64,000 nucleotides of DNA from Thermoanaerobaculaceae bacterium (GCA_963785165.1 CAWAUI010000004.1:3712074-3776073); one strand, 5' to 3'. Shown: positions 38,503-47,388, counted from the stretch's first letter. Notes: generated by a model from the sequence alone, not told the origin. Program-made: numbers and translations.

Positions 38503-40263
38503 ATGGCCATGAACCTACGAAGCACCCTCGCCTCCACCCTGGTATTCCTCCTGCTCTTCGCCGCCGTGGCTCCCGTGGCGGCGCAGGTTCCCCAGCCCGC
38601 CTATCCTGGCATCGCCAATCCCGATCTCTTTGAGAAAAGCCTCAAGGTCGCGGTCGAGGCGGCGGCCCAGTACGGCACCTCCGCCGACTCCGAGCAGCTC
38701 GCCCGCGTCAACCGCATCGGCTATGAGCTCGCCCAGCAGGCGGAATTCCAGAAGTTCCCCTTCACCTTCGCCGTGGCCGACATGCCCGTGCCCAACGCCT
38801 TCGCGCTCCCCGCCGGCCAGATCTTCATCACCACCGGCATGCTCGACCTCGGGCTCGACGACGACATGCTCGCCAACGTCCTCGGCCACGAAATCGCCCA
38901 CGTCACCCAGGAGCACTACCTCAAGATGAGCCGCAAGGCCACCCTCATGAGCGTGCTCGGCAACCTCCTCGTGGCGGGCGTGCTCATCGGCGAGGCCAAC
39001 GGCAGCCGCAAACAGGGCACCCAGGCCCCCTACGACCCGCGCGTCGGCTACGACTCGGGCGGCGACCTCATTCAGGGCGCCGCCGCCGCGAGCCTCGTCA
39101 TCTCCGAGCTTCTCCTGCGCAGCTACAGCCGCGACAATGAAGACGAGGCCGACAAGGTCGGCCAGGGCTTCGCGGCGGCTGCCGGCTACGATCCCGACGG
39201 CGCCCGCCGGCTGTGGAACAAGATGAACAGCAACAGCCCCCAGCTCAAGGAATACGGCTACTGGCACACCCATCCCTTCGGGGACGAGCGCTCCCGCGCG
39301 GCCGAGGCCCGCAAATCCACCTGGGCCATCGCCACCAAGAAGTCCGCGGACGACTACCGCAAGCGCACCCAGGCCACCCTGAGCAGCTACCTCGACCGCA
39401 AGAAGCCCGAGGAAGACGTCACCGCCTTCCTCAAGACCTCCCTGCTCTCCGCCTGGCCGGAAGGCAAGGTCGCCGATGGGCTGCGCCTCGAAAAGCTCCA
39501 CAAGCGGCGCGACGACGAGCTGACCCGCCCCGTCCTCTCCCGCGACTACGGCGCCGTCCTCAAGCTCTACCGCCAGGAGGTTTCCGAGCTGCGCGCCGTG
39601 GACGCCAAGAGCGACCTCATCACCGCTCTCGACGGCGAGATCTCGGACCTGGAAGCCAAGCGCAAGGAGCTCTACCCGCGCGCCGTCGAAATCCTGGGCG
39701 GCGGCATCTACGAGACCTCCTTCCTCGTGAGCTTCGTGAGCAACTTCCCCGAAGCGCCGCAGGTGCCCGAGGTCGCGCTCGCCCTGGGCGACGCCTACAG
39801 CCGCCTCGGCAACCGCACCGAGGCCGTGACCCAATACCTGAAGGCCTGGGAGAACGCGCCCGACAGCACCGAGGGGAAGCGCGCCAGGACCGGCCTGCGC
39901 GTCCTCGCCCCCAACCTCCAGGAGCTGGCCGCCCTCCAGCAGATGGCCGACCAGACCAAGGACACGGACTTGAAGCGCGTGGCCCAGGACCGCTTAGGCT
40001 CCGTCGTCCGGAGCTACGCCGAGCTCGCCAACGGCGCCGAATACCTCCGCCGCTTCCCCGAGGGACCCTACGTCGTCCCCGTCATCGAGCGCCTGAACGT
40101 CCTCGCCGAAAACCTCTACGGCGAGATCGTCCTCTACCAAAGCGTCGGAGACTCCGCGAAAGCCATGGAGCGCATCAACAAGATCTTCACCCACGCGCCC
40201 CTCTCCCCCGCCGCCGAAAAACTGCGCGACCAGGCGATTTTGACGGCGACGAAGGCAGGGTAG
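38503..40263 (+). CDS. secreted M48-family zinc metallopeptidase with TPR-like C-terminal domain
   Basis: 586 aa with signal peptide. LANVLGHEIAHVTQEHY (HExxH) plus a downstream NEDEADKVG Glu ligand region. Confidence 0.85.
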   Translation: MAMNLRSTLASTLVFLLLFAAVAPVAAQVPQPAYPGIANPDLFEKSLKVAVEAAAQYGTSADSEQLARVNRIGYELAQQAEFQKFPFTFAVADMPVPNAFALPAGQIFITTGMLDLGLDDDMLANVLGHEIAHVTQEHYLKMSRKATLMSVLGNLLVAGVLIGEANGSRKQGTQAPYDPRVGYDSGGDLIQGAAAASLVISELLLRSYSRDNEDEADKVGQGFAAAAGYDPDGARRLWNKMNSNSPQLKEYGYWHTHPFGDERSRAAEARKSTWAIATKKSADDYRKRTQATLSSYLDRKKPEEDVTAFLKTSLLSAWPEGKVADGLRLEKLHKRRDDELTRPVLSRDYGAVLKLYRQEVSELRAVDAKSDLITALDGEISDLEAKRKELYPRAVEILGGGIYETSFLVSFVSNFPEAPQVPEVALALGDAYSRLGNRTEAVTQYLKAWENAPDSTEGKRARTGLRVLAPNLQELAALQQMADQTKDTDLKRVAQDRLGSVVRSYAELANGAEYLRRFPEGPYVVPVIERLNVLAENLYGEIVLYQSVGDSAKAMERINKIFTHAPLSPAAEKLRDQAILTATKAG

Positions 40264-40334
40264 GGGCGGGAGGGCAACAAGGTGGATGAGAAGCTTGACC
40301 GGAATCCGAACGTTCTGGAGGCGGTCAAGCCTAT

Positions 40335-40641
40335 GGCGTAGCGCCCCTGGGAGCGCCGGCATCCCTGCCGGCCCTGTCTTTGCGGCCCGAAGGGTCGCGA
40401 GATTTCAGCCCAGGGCTTCGGCCGGTAGGCCGATGCCCTGGGAAGAAAACCTATAAAAAGGCTACGCGGCCTGAAAGGTCGCCAGAGAGTTTTGAGTTGG
40501 ACTCGACTCGGTCCGCCAGTGTTCTCGCGGCCCTTCAGGCCGCAGGACTGGGGGGGACTGTTAACCCAGGGCATCGGCCTACCGGCCGAAGCCCTGGGCT
40601 GAAATCTCGCGACCCTTCGGGCCGCAAAGAGCGCTACGCCA
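40335..40641. repeat. REP/BIME-like cluster: 64-nt perfect inverted repeat enclosing further copies of a 17-nt hairpin motif
   Basis: Arm 40378-40442 is the exact reverse complement of 40566-40629. The motif GCGGCC(C/T)GAA(G/A)GGTCGC occurs at about 40382 and 40466 (+) and about 40536 and 40609 (inverted). Outer ggcgtagcgc (40335) / gcgctacgcc (40632). Confidence 0.85.
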
Positions 40642-40849
40642 ACAGGTCAATCCTGCCTTGACAAAGCACCAGGGCGACACGCCACCGTTCTGGGAGCCCC
40701 AGCGGGGCGAAATCTGAACAGCCCGGTGCGTTAGCGCCGGGTCCGGAACCCACCCGCCTCCTCCGCCCTGGAGGGCCGGTCCCGTCTTCTCCTGATAGAA
40801 TTCCTTCAACCCCGGCGTCGGCCAGCCGTCGACAAGGAAGGAAAGATCG

Positions 40850-43219
40850 GTGAAAACACGCGATAGGGAAGATCTCTATGAGATCGCAGGCCAATTCGTC
40901 GGCTCCGCCCTGCGGCGAGACGACTCCTTATTCACTCCCGGAGAACCCGTCTGGTCCCCTCCCACCCTGGAGGATCTCCATCGCCGTTTCGTAGGCCAGC
41001 CGGACGAGTCCGCGGACAGCTTTGAGAACAAGCTGCAACGCCAACTCGCCGGGGCTCCGACCCGCACCGTCCAACTCATGGGTGAGGTTCTCTACGTTTA
41101 CCTTCTGATGCCGGTGGCGGAGAGCTTTCGGGGAGATAAAAAACGACGGTTGATTGAAACCGTCCTTCAATGGGCGCCGGAGCGCGTCGCCATGCCTCCG
41201 CATTTGGCGAAAGCTCTCGACGGAGGGCTCGTCCGAGTGGGAACGGCCTACAACACCTACCGCCCGTTCCAGCTCCAGTTCGTCATCGAGCAGGTGATGG
41301 CCTGGAAACGGCTGTCCGCCGAGGAACGTGCACGGGCTCTCGAAGATCCCTGGTTGTTCAAGGAAATTGTCTGGAGACTACCCATCTCCAAAGCCTACAT
41401 GGCACGCGAGGCGTTGATCCATCTCGTGTTTCCCGACGTCTTCGAAAACGTCATCGCCCGTGAAGCCAAGAAGCAAATCGCCTTGCGGCTGGCGGCCCTC
41501 TCCACCGAGCCGACGGAAGACGTCGACCGCAAGCTCCTCCAGATCCGGCAACATCTTGCTCAGGACTATGGCGCAACCTTCAGCTTCTATGACAAGGCGG
41601 TCCTCGGACGCTGGCAGGACGACACCAGCCGCTGGGGGCAATTCGTCCACTGGGCTAGGCGTTTCTACGAGCGCCCCGATTTCGACCAGCACGAGAGGGA
41701 TTACAAGCTCGCGGTCTCTCAAAATCTCGCCATGGCCCGGCAAGCTTTGGCGGACGGCGGACCCTGGCTCGCCGCTCTTCGAAAAGCTTTCGATTCGCCG
41801 AACAACCTGACGGGTTGGAGAACGAACGCCAGCTTCCTGAAATGGTGCGAAGTCAATCCACAAGAGGCGTCCCGGGCGCTGGCAACCTTGTGGACCGATC
41901 AAGGCTCCGTGACGCAGCGCATCCGGGAATTCCTGCGGCTGCTGCCGGACGAAGCTCTCCGTGGAGCGGGATCTCGCCTGACGTTGGCTTCTTTTCTCAA
42001 TATGGCATCGGAGCCTCATGACTATCCGGTCTATAGAGAAACCCCCATTCGCAAAGGCTGCGATCTCACGGGCTACCCCCGGCCCGAGCAGGCGGCGGAT
42101 GAAGGAGCCCTTTACGAGCACGCTCTGGGCTTCTTCGACCGCTTATCCGAGGAAGCCTCGGCTCGCGGCCTTGATTTGCGGGATCGGCTCGACGCACAGG
42201 GCGTCCTCTGGTCCGTCGTGAAGTCGACCGACGGCAACGTGGATTTTTCCAAGAAGGAGCAATCGGCATTTCTCCGTTACTTAGCGGGACTCCCCGCCGA
42301 TCCTCCTCCCATCGAGCCGAACGGAGAAGGCACTGCAGAAGTCATAGAGCTACCGAAGACCGGATCCGCCAAGACTCTCGAAGACCTTGCCCACGATCTC
42401 CTTCTGGACGCCGCCTATCTGCGGAAGATCGAGCGGCTACTGAAGGACAAGGGACAGGTGATCTTCCACGGTCCACCGGGTACCGGCAAGACCTTCGTAG
42501 CTCGGGAAATCGCCCGCTTCTTTGCCAGTGACGACGCAATCGAGTTGGTGCAGTTTCACCCCTCCTATTCCTACGAAGACTTTTTCGAGGGCTACCGCCC
42601 AAGCCGGTATGGTGGCGGCTTCAGCCTTCACAAAGGTCCTCTGAGGCGGCTGGCCGAGAAAGCGGCTGCCAAGACTAAGGACGACCTGCACTTTCTGATC
42701 ATCGACGAGATCAACCGCGGCAACCTGGCGAAGATCTTCGGCGAGCTCTACTTCCTCCTCGAATACCGCGATGAGAAGGTCTCCCTCCAGTATTCCGAGG
42801 AGCCGTTCTCGCTGCCTCCGAACCTGAGAGTGATCGGCACCATGAACACCACCGACCGCTCCATCGCCCTCGTGGATCTGGCGCTGCGGCGGCGCTTCCA
42901 TTTCGTACCGTTCACCCCGGCCGCACCTCCCGTCCAGGGACTTCTGCGGCGTTGGCTGGAACAGCACAAACCGAATCTTGTCTGGCTGGCCGAGGTCGTT
43001 GACCGGGCCAACGACCGCCTGGACAACCTGCACGGTGCCATCGGTCCCAGCTACTTCATGCAGAAGAACCTGGACGAGGAGAGTATCGAGCTGATCTGGG
43101 AGCACTCAGTCCTGCCCTATGTTGCGGAACTACTCTTCGGCGAAGAGGGCCGCCTCGAGGAGCTGCAATTGAGCCGCCTCCGCCCGGAGAATCCCGTTGG
43201 AACCCCTGACGCTTCATGA
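40850..43219 (+). CDS. mcrB: McrB-like AAA+ GTPase with a long uncharacterised N-terminal domain
   Basis: 789 aa, GTG start after AAGGAAGGAAAG. GPPGTGKT, LVQFHPSYSYEDFFEGYRP, IIDEINRGNLAKIFGEL, MNTTDRS (McrB signature MNxxDRS), LRRRFHF. Confidence 0.85.
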   Translation: MKTRDREDLYEIAGQFVGSALRRDDSLFTPGEPVWSPPTLEDLHRRFVGQPDESADSFENKLQRQLAGAPTRTVQLMGEVLYVYLLMPVAESFRGDKKRRLIETVLQWAPERVAMPPHLAKALDGGLVRVGTAYNTYRPFQLQFVIEQVMAWKRLSAEERARALEDPWLFKEIVWRLPISKAYMAREALIHLVFPDVFENVIAREAKKQIALRLAALSTEPTEDVDRKLLQIRQHLAQDYGATFSFYDKAVLGRWQDDTSRWGQFVHWARRFYERPDFDQHERDYKLAVSQNLAMARQALADGGPWLAALRKAFDSPNNLTGWRTNASFLKWCEVNPQEASRALATLWTDQGSVTQRIREFLRLLPDEALRGAGSRLTLASFLNMASEPHDYPVYRETPIRKGCDLTGYPRPEQAADEGALYEHALGFFDRLSEEASARGLDLRDRLDAQGVLWSVVKSTDGNVDFSKKEQSAFLRYLAGLPADPPPIEPNGEGTAEVIELPKTGSAKTLEDLAHDLLLDAAYLRKIERLLKDKGQVIFHGPPGTGKTFVAREIARFFASDDAIELVQFHPSYSYEDFFEGYRPSRYGGGFSLHKGPLRRLAEKAAAKTKDDLHFLIIDEINRGNLAKIFGELYFLLEYRDEKVSLQYSEEPFSLPPNLRVIGTMNTTDRSIALVDLALRRRFHFVPFTPAAPPVQGLLRRWLEQHKPNLVWLAEVVDRANDRLDNLHGAIGPSYFMQKNLDEESIELIWEHSVLPYVAELLFGEEGRLEELQLSRLRPENPVGTPDAS

Positions 43220-44447
43220 GCACGCCAAGACCCAGGGGATACGCCTTACGGCTGAGCAGCGGAACGCCATGTACGCTCTCGCTCCTTCCGTAACGCTCTC
43301 TCCCAGTCCCGGTCGCGAGGGTTGCTGGGATCTGACTCCCGGTTCGATCATTGGAGCGATGACTCTACCGGGCCTGGCGGTGATGATCCGCCCCAAGATC
43401 CTCATGGATCGAGTCCTATTCCTCTTGTCCTATGCCCTCGATCCCCGAAGTTGGAAGAACGGCCTCTTCCACTTCGAGGCTCGGAGCAATCTTCTGGAAG
43501 CCATCGTGCCGGGCTTCGTGCGCCAAGTAGGGAAAGCCTTCCGGCGAGGCCTGCTCCAGGGCTACAGGGTTGAAGAAGACGCCTTGATGGGCCTACGCGG
43601 CCGGCTCCGCTTTGATGACCAGCTTCGCCGTCGATTCGGCCGCCTGCCCCCTGTCGAAGTGCGTTTTGACGAATTCACGGTGGACATCGAGCCCAACCGC
43701 CTGATCCTGGCCGCGGTCGACCGTCTGGAGAAAATGCGGTTGCGCTCTCAGGATTCGCGGCGGTCCCTCGCCGGCCTCCATGCCGCCCTGGAGCGGGTCA
43801 GCCTGCGCGAGTACCCGGCGGCCCAGGTTCCGGAAATTGCGTACGACCGCCTGAACGAACACTATCGGGGAGCCGTGGAGCTGGCGCGGTTGATCCTGCG
43901 GTCGGTGTCCTTCGATCTCCGTCATGGCGGCGTCCAGTCGTCCGCTTTCCTCCTCGACATGAACGTGGTTTTTGAGACCTTCGTCGTTACCGCTCTCCGA
44001 GAGGCTCTGGGCGTCTCTCACCGGCAGTTCCCTCAGGGCGCGAGCGACCGGAACCTCTGGCTGGACCAAAAGCGAGCCGTCTCGCTCAAACCTGATCTCT
44101 CCTGGTGGGAAGGAAACACCTGCCACTTCGTGGGGGACGTCAAATACAAGCGAACGGCGGCCTCGGGCGGCCCCAATGCCGACATCTATCAGCTTCTCGC
44201 CTATACCATCGCCACCCGGCTCCCCGGCGGTCTCCTGATCTACGCCGCGGGAGAGGGCGAGCCCGCAATCCACGAAGTCCACGAGATCGGCAAACGGCTG
44301 GAGGTCTGCTCGCTCGACTTGAGCGGAGTTCCCACGGCGATTCTCATGCAGGTCGGAGAATTGGCGGAGAGGATCCGGGCGTCAGTCGTTGCCGCCAAGG
44401 CGGGGGCTGCCAGCCCCGGCTCCATAGGAGCCATAGGCTCCAATTAA
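43197..44447 (+). CDS. mcrC: McrC-like PD-(D/E)xK nuclease subunit
   Basis: 416 aa, TTG start after GGAGA, overlapping mcrB by 23 nt. LKPDLSWW...FVGDVKYK nuclease core. Confidence 0.8.
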   Translation: MEPLTLHEHAKTQGIRLTAEQRNAMYALAPSVTLSPSPGREGCWDLTPGSIIGAMTLPGLAVMIRPKILMDRVLFLLSYALDPRSWKNGLFHFEARSNLLEAIVPGFVRQVGKAFRRGLLQGYRVEEDALMGLRGRLRFDDQLRRRFGRLPPVEVRFDEFTVDIEPNRLILAAVDRLEKMRLRSQDSRRSLAGLHAALERVSLREYPAAQVPEIAYDRLNEHYRGAVELARLILRSVSFDLRHGGVQSSAFLLDMNVVFETFVVTALREALGVSHRQFPQGASDRNLWLDQKRAVSLKPDLSWWEGNTCHFVGDVKYKRTAASGGPNADIYQLLAYTIATRLPGGLLIYAAGEGEPAIHEVHEIGKRLEVCSLDLSGVPTAILMQVGELAERIRASVVAAKAGAASPGSIGAIGSN

Positions 44448-45908
44448 ATCGGAAACCACCTCACGGGACGATAGTAGACCGGCGTTCCAGCACTGCCAGG
44501 CGGCCGTCTGGGCGCCCACTTGATAATCCTCCATCAGCCCTTCAAACACCGAAGGCTCTGCCGCCGCATCCAACACGCCTCCGCTCCGTTCCCGTATGGC
44601 GGACTGAGGCAACAGCATCTCGGCGGCAAAGGCTCCGGAGCGCCGTCTGCGGGGACCGATGGCCCTGTTGGACGAGCCCGCTCCAACGGCCGGGCTCTCA
44701 GGTCCGCCGTCCAGCAGGAGATGCCCAACCCCTCGGAAGATCTCCATGTTTCTTGCCCAGGGTTTCCTCGTCTGGGGAGAAGAAAACAACAGAACCTTCC
44801 CGAACCCGTCCAGATGCCCGCCGATCGCCGCATGATTGTGCGTCGATTCAGGGCCGGAAAGATCATCAATTTCGATGTCGAAATGATCCATCAAGAAATC
44901 ATCAAGATTCTTCAAGGGTTGGCCGTTGAGCCCCAGGTCTCCGCGGATCAACTCGGCAGCCTGGTAGCCTTCTCTCTCAGGTCTTCCTCCAGACGCGACC
45001 TCGAGCGCTCTCAACCTCCGCCTCCGGAATTGGCCCTTCTTCTGCGAACGCGTTGTGCAATCACAGTCAACGACGACTCTGACTACGCCCTCCTCCAGAT
45101 CGAGATCGCGGATTGCCTGCACGGCGGCGCTGTCTTTGGACGTAGCCTGTTGAGGGAGCAGGAGGCGCGTCCGCAGGCCGGACTCTGAAGTCACTCCGAA
45201 TAGCGTTTCAACACCGGACCGAGAGAGGTCGAGCTCCAGTGCCAGTTGATCGAGCAAGCCAATTTCGAGTTGGTTCTCGAAAGCTCCTCGACCACGGCTC
45301 CAGGGGAAGGAGTCCGCGAGGCCGGATTCGAGCAGGCTGCTGCCGACAGAGTCCACGAAATCAGAAAGTGCCTGTTTTGCTTCTCTCCAGGGCACCGCAA
45401 AAATTCCGGCCTGAAAGAGGAACTCCGGCGCGCCGGGGCTGGCAAACCGAGCAGGGGCTGCGCTGATCCAAAGATTCTCGTCTGATCGCACGAAGGCAAG
45501 ATTGGGAAGCCAGGAGCCCTCGGCACCAGCGTGCAGAAAGTGGCCATTGCTCCATTCGAACCGCCGATCGTCCCAGGAATCTCCGTCGAACGACGCGGCC
45601 GGCGCGGAGTCTTTCCAGCTCTGTAACGCCACCATCAAATCGACGTCGGTGGGAAAGGCGCGCGCGGATTCTTCATACGCGATATATCGGGCATACCGCA
45701 CAAGCCAGTCCGCGATGGGAGCCAGTGGTACGTAGACGCCTTCATTCACACTTCGGGTGGCGGGAAACCAGTTGCGGCAGAAATTCTGGTCCGCGGCCCA
45801 AATGGCAAGCTGCGCCCAAGGTCCAAGCTCTCCCGGAGAACGGCGATCCCAACTCGGCGAAACCGGCTCGATATCAAAAGCAAGCCGGCGAACATCCCCG
45901 ATACGCAT
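44382..45908 (-). CDS. uncharacterised 508-aa protein with C-terminal ImmA/IrrE (COG2856)-like domain lacking the HExxH catalytic residues
   Basis: ATG 45908 overlaps the upstream stop (TGATG). GYQAAELIRGDLGLNGQPLKNLDDFL..., then FRGVGHLLLD where HELGH is expected, then RRSGAFAAEMLLPQ (the E.AN.FA..LLMP region). The N-terminal 320 aa have no recognisable motif. A/T-ending codons are frequent. Confidence 0.7.
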   Translation of the reverse strand: MRIGDVRRLAFDIEPVSPSWDRRSPGELGPWAQLAIWAADQNFCRNWFPATRSVNEGVYVPLAPIADWLVRYARYIAYEESARAFPTDVDLMVALQSWKDSAPAASFDGDSWDDRRFEWSNGHFLHAGAEGSWLPNLAFVRSDENLWISAAPARFASPGAPEFLFQAGIFAVPWREAKQALSDFVDSVGSSLLESGLADSFPWSRGRGAFENQLEIGLLDQLALELDLSRSGVETLFGVTSESGLRTRLLLPQQATSKDSAAVQAIRDLDLEEGVVRVVVDCDCTTRSQKKGQFRRRRLRALEVASGGRPEREGYQAAELIRGDLGLNGQPLKNLDDFLMDHFDIEIDDLSGPESTHNHAAIGGHLDGFGKVLLFSSPQTRKPWARNMEIFRGVGHLLLDGGPESPAVGAGSSNRAIGPRRRRSGAFAAEMLLPQSAIRERSGGVLDAAAEPSVFEGLMEDYQVGAQTAAWQCWNAGLLSSREVVSDLIGAYGSYGAGAGSPRLGGND

Positions 45909-46288
45909 CAGTTCAACTCCTTGACAAATTGCCTGTACTCCGCTGCGGTGATGAGACCGCCATCCCGCATTCTACGCAAAACAGGAGGTGGAACACGCCT
46001 GGTAGGATGACCGTGTACCACGATCGTTCCGTCCGGCATCTCGCGCGTAAGCTTGCACTCATAGAATTCCGGCCCCTCCGAAACCCGGCGAATTGCATAG
46101 CGTCGCGGTGTTTCAGGTTGGCCATCGGCAGATACACTTTGCCGGAGCAGTTCCTCTCTCTCCTGAATCGTCATATCAGGAGGACATTTCTCCTTGAAAG
46201 GGATCCACCTCGGAGGTCCTGCCTCCGACGTATGGACTTTGTGAGCCGGCGAAGGCTCATATTCGAAGCGAGGCCCCGGGGTGGTCAT
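45908..46288 (-). CDS. uncharacterised 126-aa protein co-transcribed with the pseudo-ImmA/IrrE gene
   Basis: ATG 46288 with AGGTGA SD. MTTPGPRFEYEPSPAHKVH...FYECKLTREMPDGTIVVHGHPTRRVPPPVLRRMRDGGLITAAEYRQFVKELN. The longer ORF-track version (to 46729) runs through a non-coding repeat. Confidence 0.6.
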   Translation of the reverse strand: MTTPGPRFEYEPSPAHKVHTSEAGPPRWIPFKEKCPPDMTIQEREELLRQSVSADGQPETPRRYAIRRVSEGPEFYECKLTREMPDGTIVVHGHPTRRVPPPVLRRMRDGGLITAAEYRQFVKELN

Positions 46289-46308
46289 CGTATTCACCTG
46301 ACACCGGC

Positions 46309-46314
46309 ATTCTA
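46309..46314 (-). promoter_or_regulatory. -10 hexamer TAGAAT for the 126-aa/508-aa operon
   Basis: Minus strand gggTAGAATgccggtgtcAGGTGAatacgATG. Confidence 0.4.
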
Positions 46315-46398
46315 CCCCACTGCCGTCGGCGACCGCCGGGAGCCGCCTTGACACACCAAGCGCCGCTTCCCAGCCCTCCGGGAGCCGGGGCGCAACAT

Positions 46399-46692
46399 TC
46401 GCCCCGGCCCCTCGGCCGGTTTCCCCTCGGGGCCAACGATGCGGCCCGAGTCCGCGGCCTTGCGGCCCTCGGGGTAAAGGACCGCGGAGGCGGGGAAAGC
46501 GGCGTTCCCCGAGGGGCCAACGGCTTTCCCCTCTGGCCTGATGAGTTTCCCCTTCTCCTCGATGGCGCGGCCCGAGGGGCCAATGATGCGGCCCGAGGGG
46601 CGAACGTTGCGGCCCTCTTCCCGAATGGGGCGGCCCTCGGGGAAACTGGCCGGCCCCTGGGGGAAACTCGGTTTCCCCGCGGGGTAAGCCGC
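46399..46692. repeat. degenerate 21-bp tandem repeat, 14 units
   Basis: Exact 21-nt register from 46399 to 46692. Example units: gcggcccgaggggccaatgat, gcggcccgaggggcgaacgtt, gcggccctcggggaaactggc, tttcccctcggggccaacgat, tttccccgcggggtaagccgc. Core is CCC-N2-GGGG. Confidence 0.85.
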
Positions 46693-46709
46693 CTACCCCG
46701 GTTCCGCGA

Positions 46710-46715
46710 TAGGCT
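46710..46715 (+). promoter_or_regulatory. -10 hexamer TAGGCT, 7 nt before ATG 46723 (leaderless-type)
   Basis: cgcGATAGGCTgaaggccATG; no SD. Same GCGATAGNCT-N7-ATG layout as at 50401. Confidence 0.45.
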
Positions 46716-46722
46716 GAAGGCC

Positions 46723-47355
46723 ATGCCAAACCCTCGAGGCCGCTCCCCCAGGGAGCCGCTCATCCTCCTCGCCCTCACGGCCGTGGCCCTGGTCGTCTCG
46801 GGCGTCCACCCTGAAGACCGCACGACGTGGATCCTCGAAGTGGCCCCGATCTTCCTCGGCGTGCCCCTGCTGATCGCCACGTACCGGCGTTTTCCGTTGA
46901 CGCCGCTGCTCTACCGCCTGATCTTCCTCCACTCGCTGATCCTGATCCTCGGCGGCCACTACACCTACGCCAAGGTGCCGCTTGGATTCTGGGTGCAGGA
47001 CTTGATGGGCTTCGCGCGCAATCATTACGACCGGCTCGGCCATTTCGCCCAGGGCTTCGTGCCGGCCCTCCTGGCGCGCGAGATCCTGATCCGGAAGTCT
47101 CCGCTGCGGCCCGGCGGCTGGCTTTTCTTCCTCGTCACCTGCGTTTGCCTGGCCTTCAGCGCCACCTACGAATTCATCGAATGGTGGTCCGCCGTGCTCG
47201 GAGGCTCGGCCGCCGATGCCTTCCTCGGCACGCAGGGCGACGTGTGGGATACGCAGTGGGACATGTTCCTCGCTCTCATTGGAGCGCTCACCGCGCAGGT
47301 GACTCTGGCGCGGGTTCAGGACCGGCAGATGGCCGAGCTCAGCGCAGGAAAGTGA
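46723..47355 (+). CDS. yjdF: YjdF/DUF2238-family inner membrane protein
   Basis: 210 aa. GGHYTYAKVP, RNHYDRLGHFAQGFVPA, YEFIEWW, GTQGDVWDTQWDMFLALIGA. Confidence 0.8.
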   Translation: MPNPRGRSPREPLILLALTAVALVVSGVHPEDRTTWILEVAPIFLGVPLLIATYRRFPLTPLLYRLIFLHSLILILGGHYTYAKVPLGFWVQDLMGFARNHYDRLGHFAQGFVPALLAREILIRKSPLRPGGWLFFLVTCVCLAFSATYEFIEWWSAVLGGSAADAFLGTQGDVWDTQWDMFLALIGALTAQVTLARVQDRQMAELSAGK

Positions 47356-47388
47356 GCCCGCGCGCAGCTCCAGGACCACCACCGTACG

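Noticed and set aside
46399-46692. The 21-bp periodic array as a CRISPR array.
   Set aside because: The period is far too short (21 nt in total, with about 11 nt conserved). There are no unique spacers of 30 nt or so, and no cas genes in the window.
46289-46729. Heptad-repeat N-terminal extensions: the 273-aa version of the 126-aa gene, and the 335-aa version of yjdF starting at 46348.
   Set aside because: The extensions only translate the 21-bp repeat, which gives 7-aa periodicity in every frame. Third-position GC in a 60-nt sample was not enriched in those frames. Good internal starts exist, with an SD (46288) or a -10 hexamer (46723).
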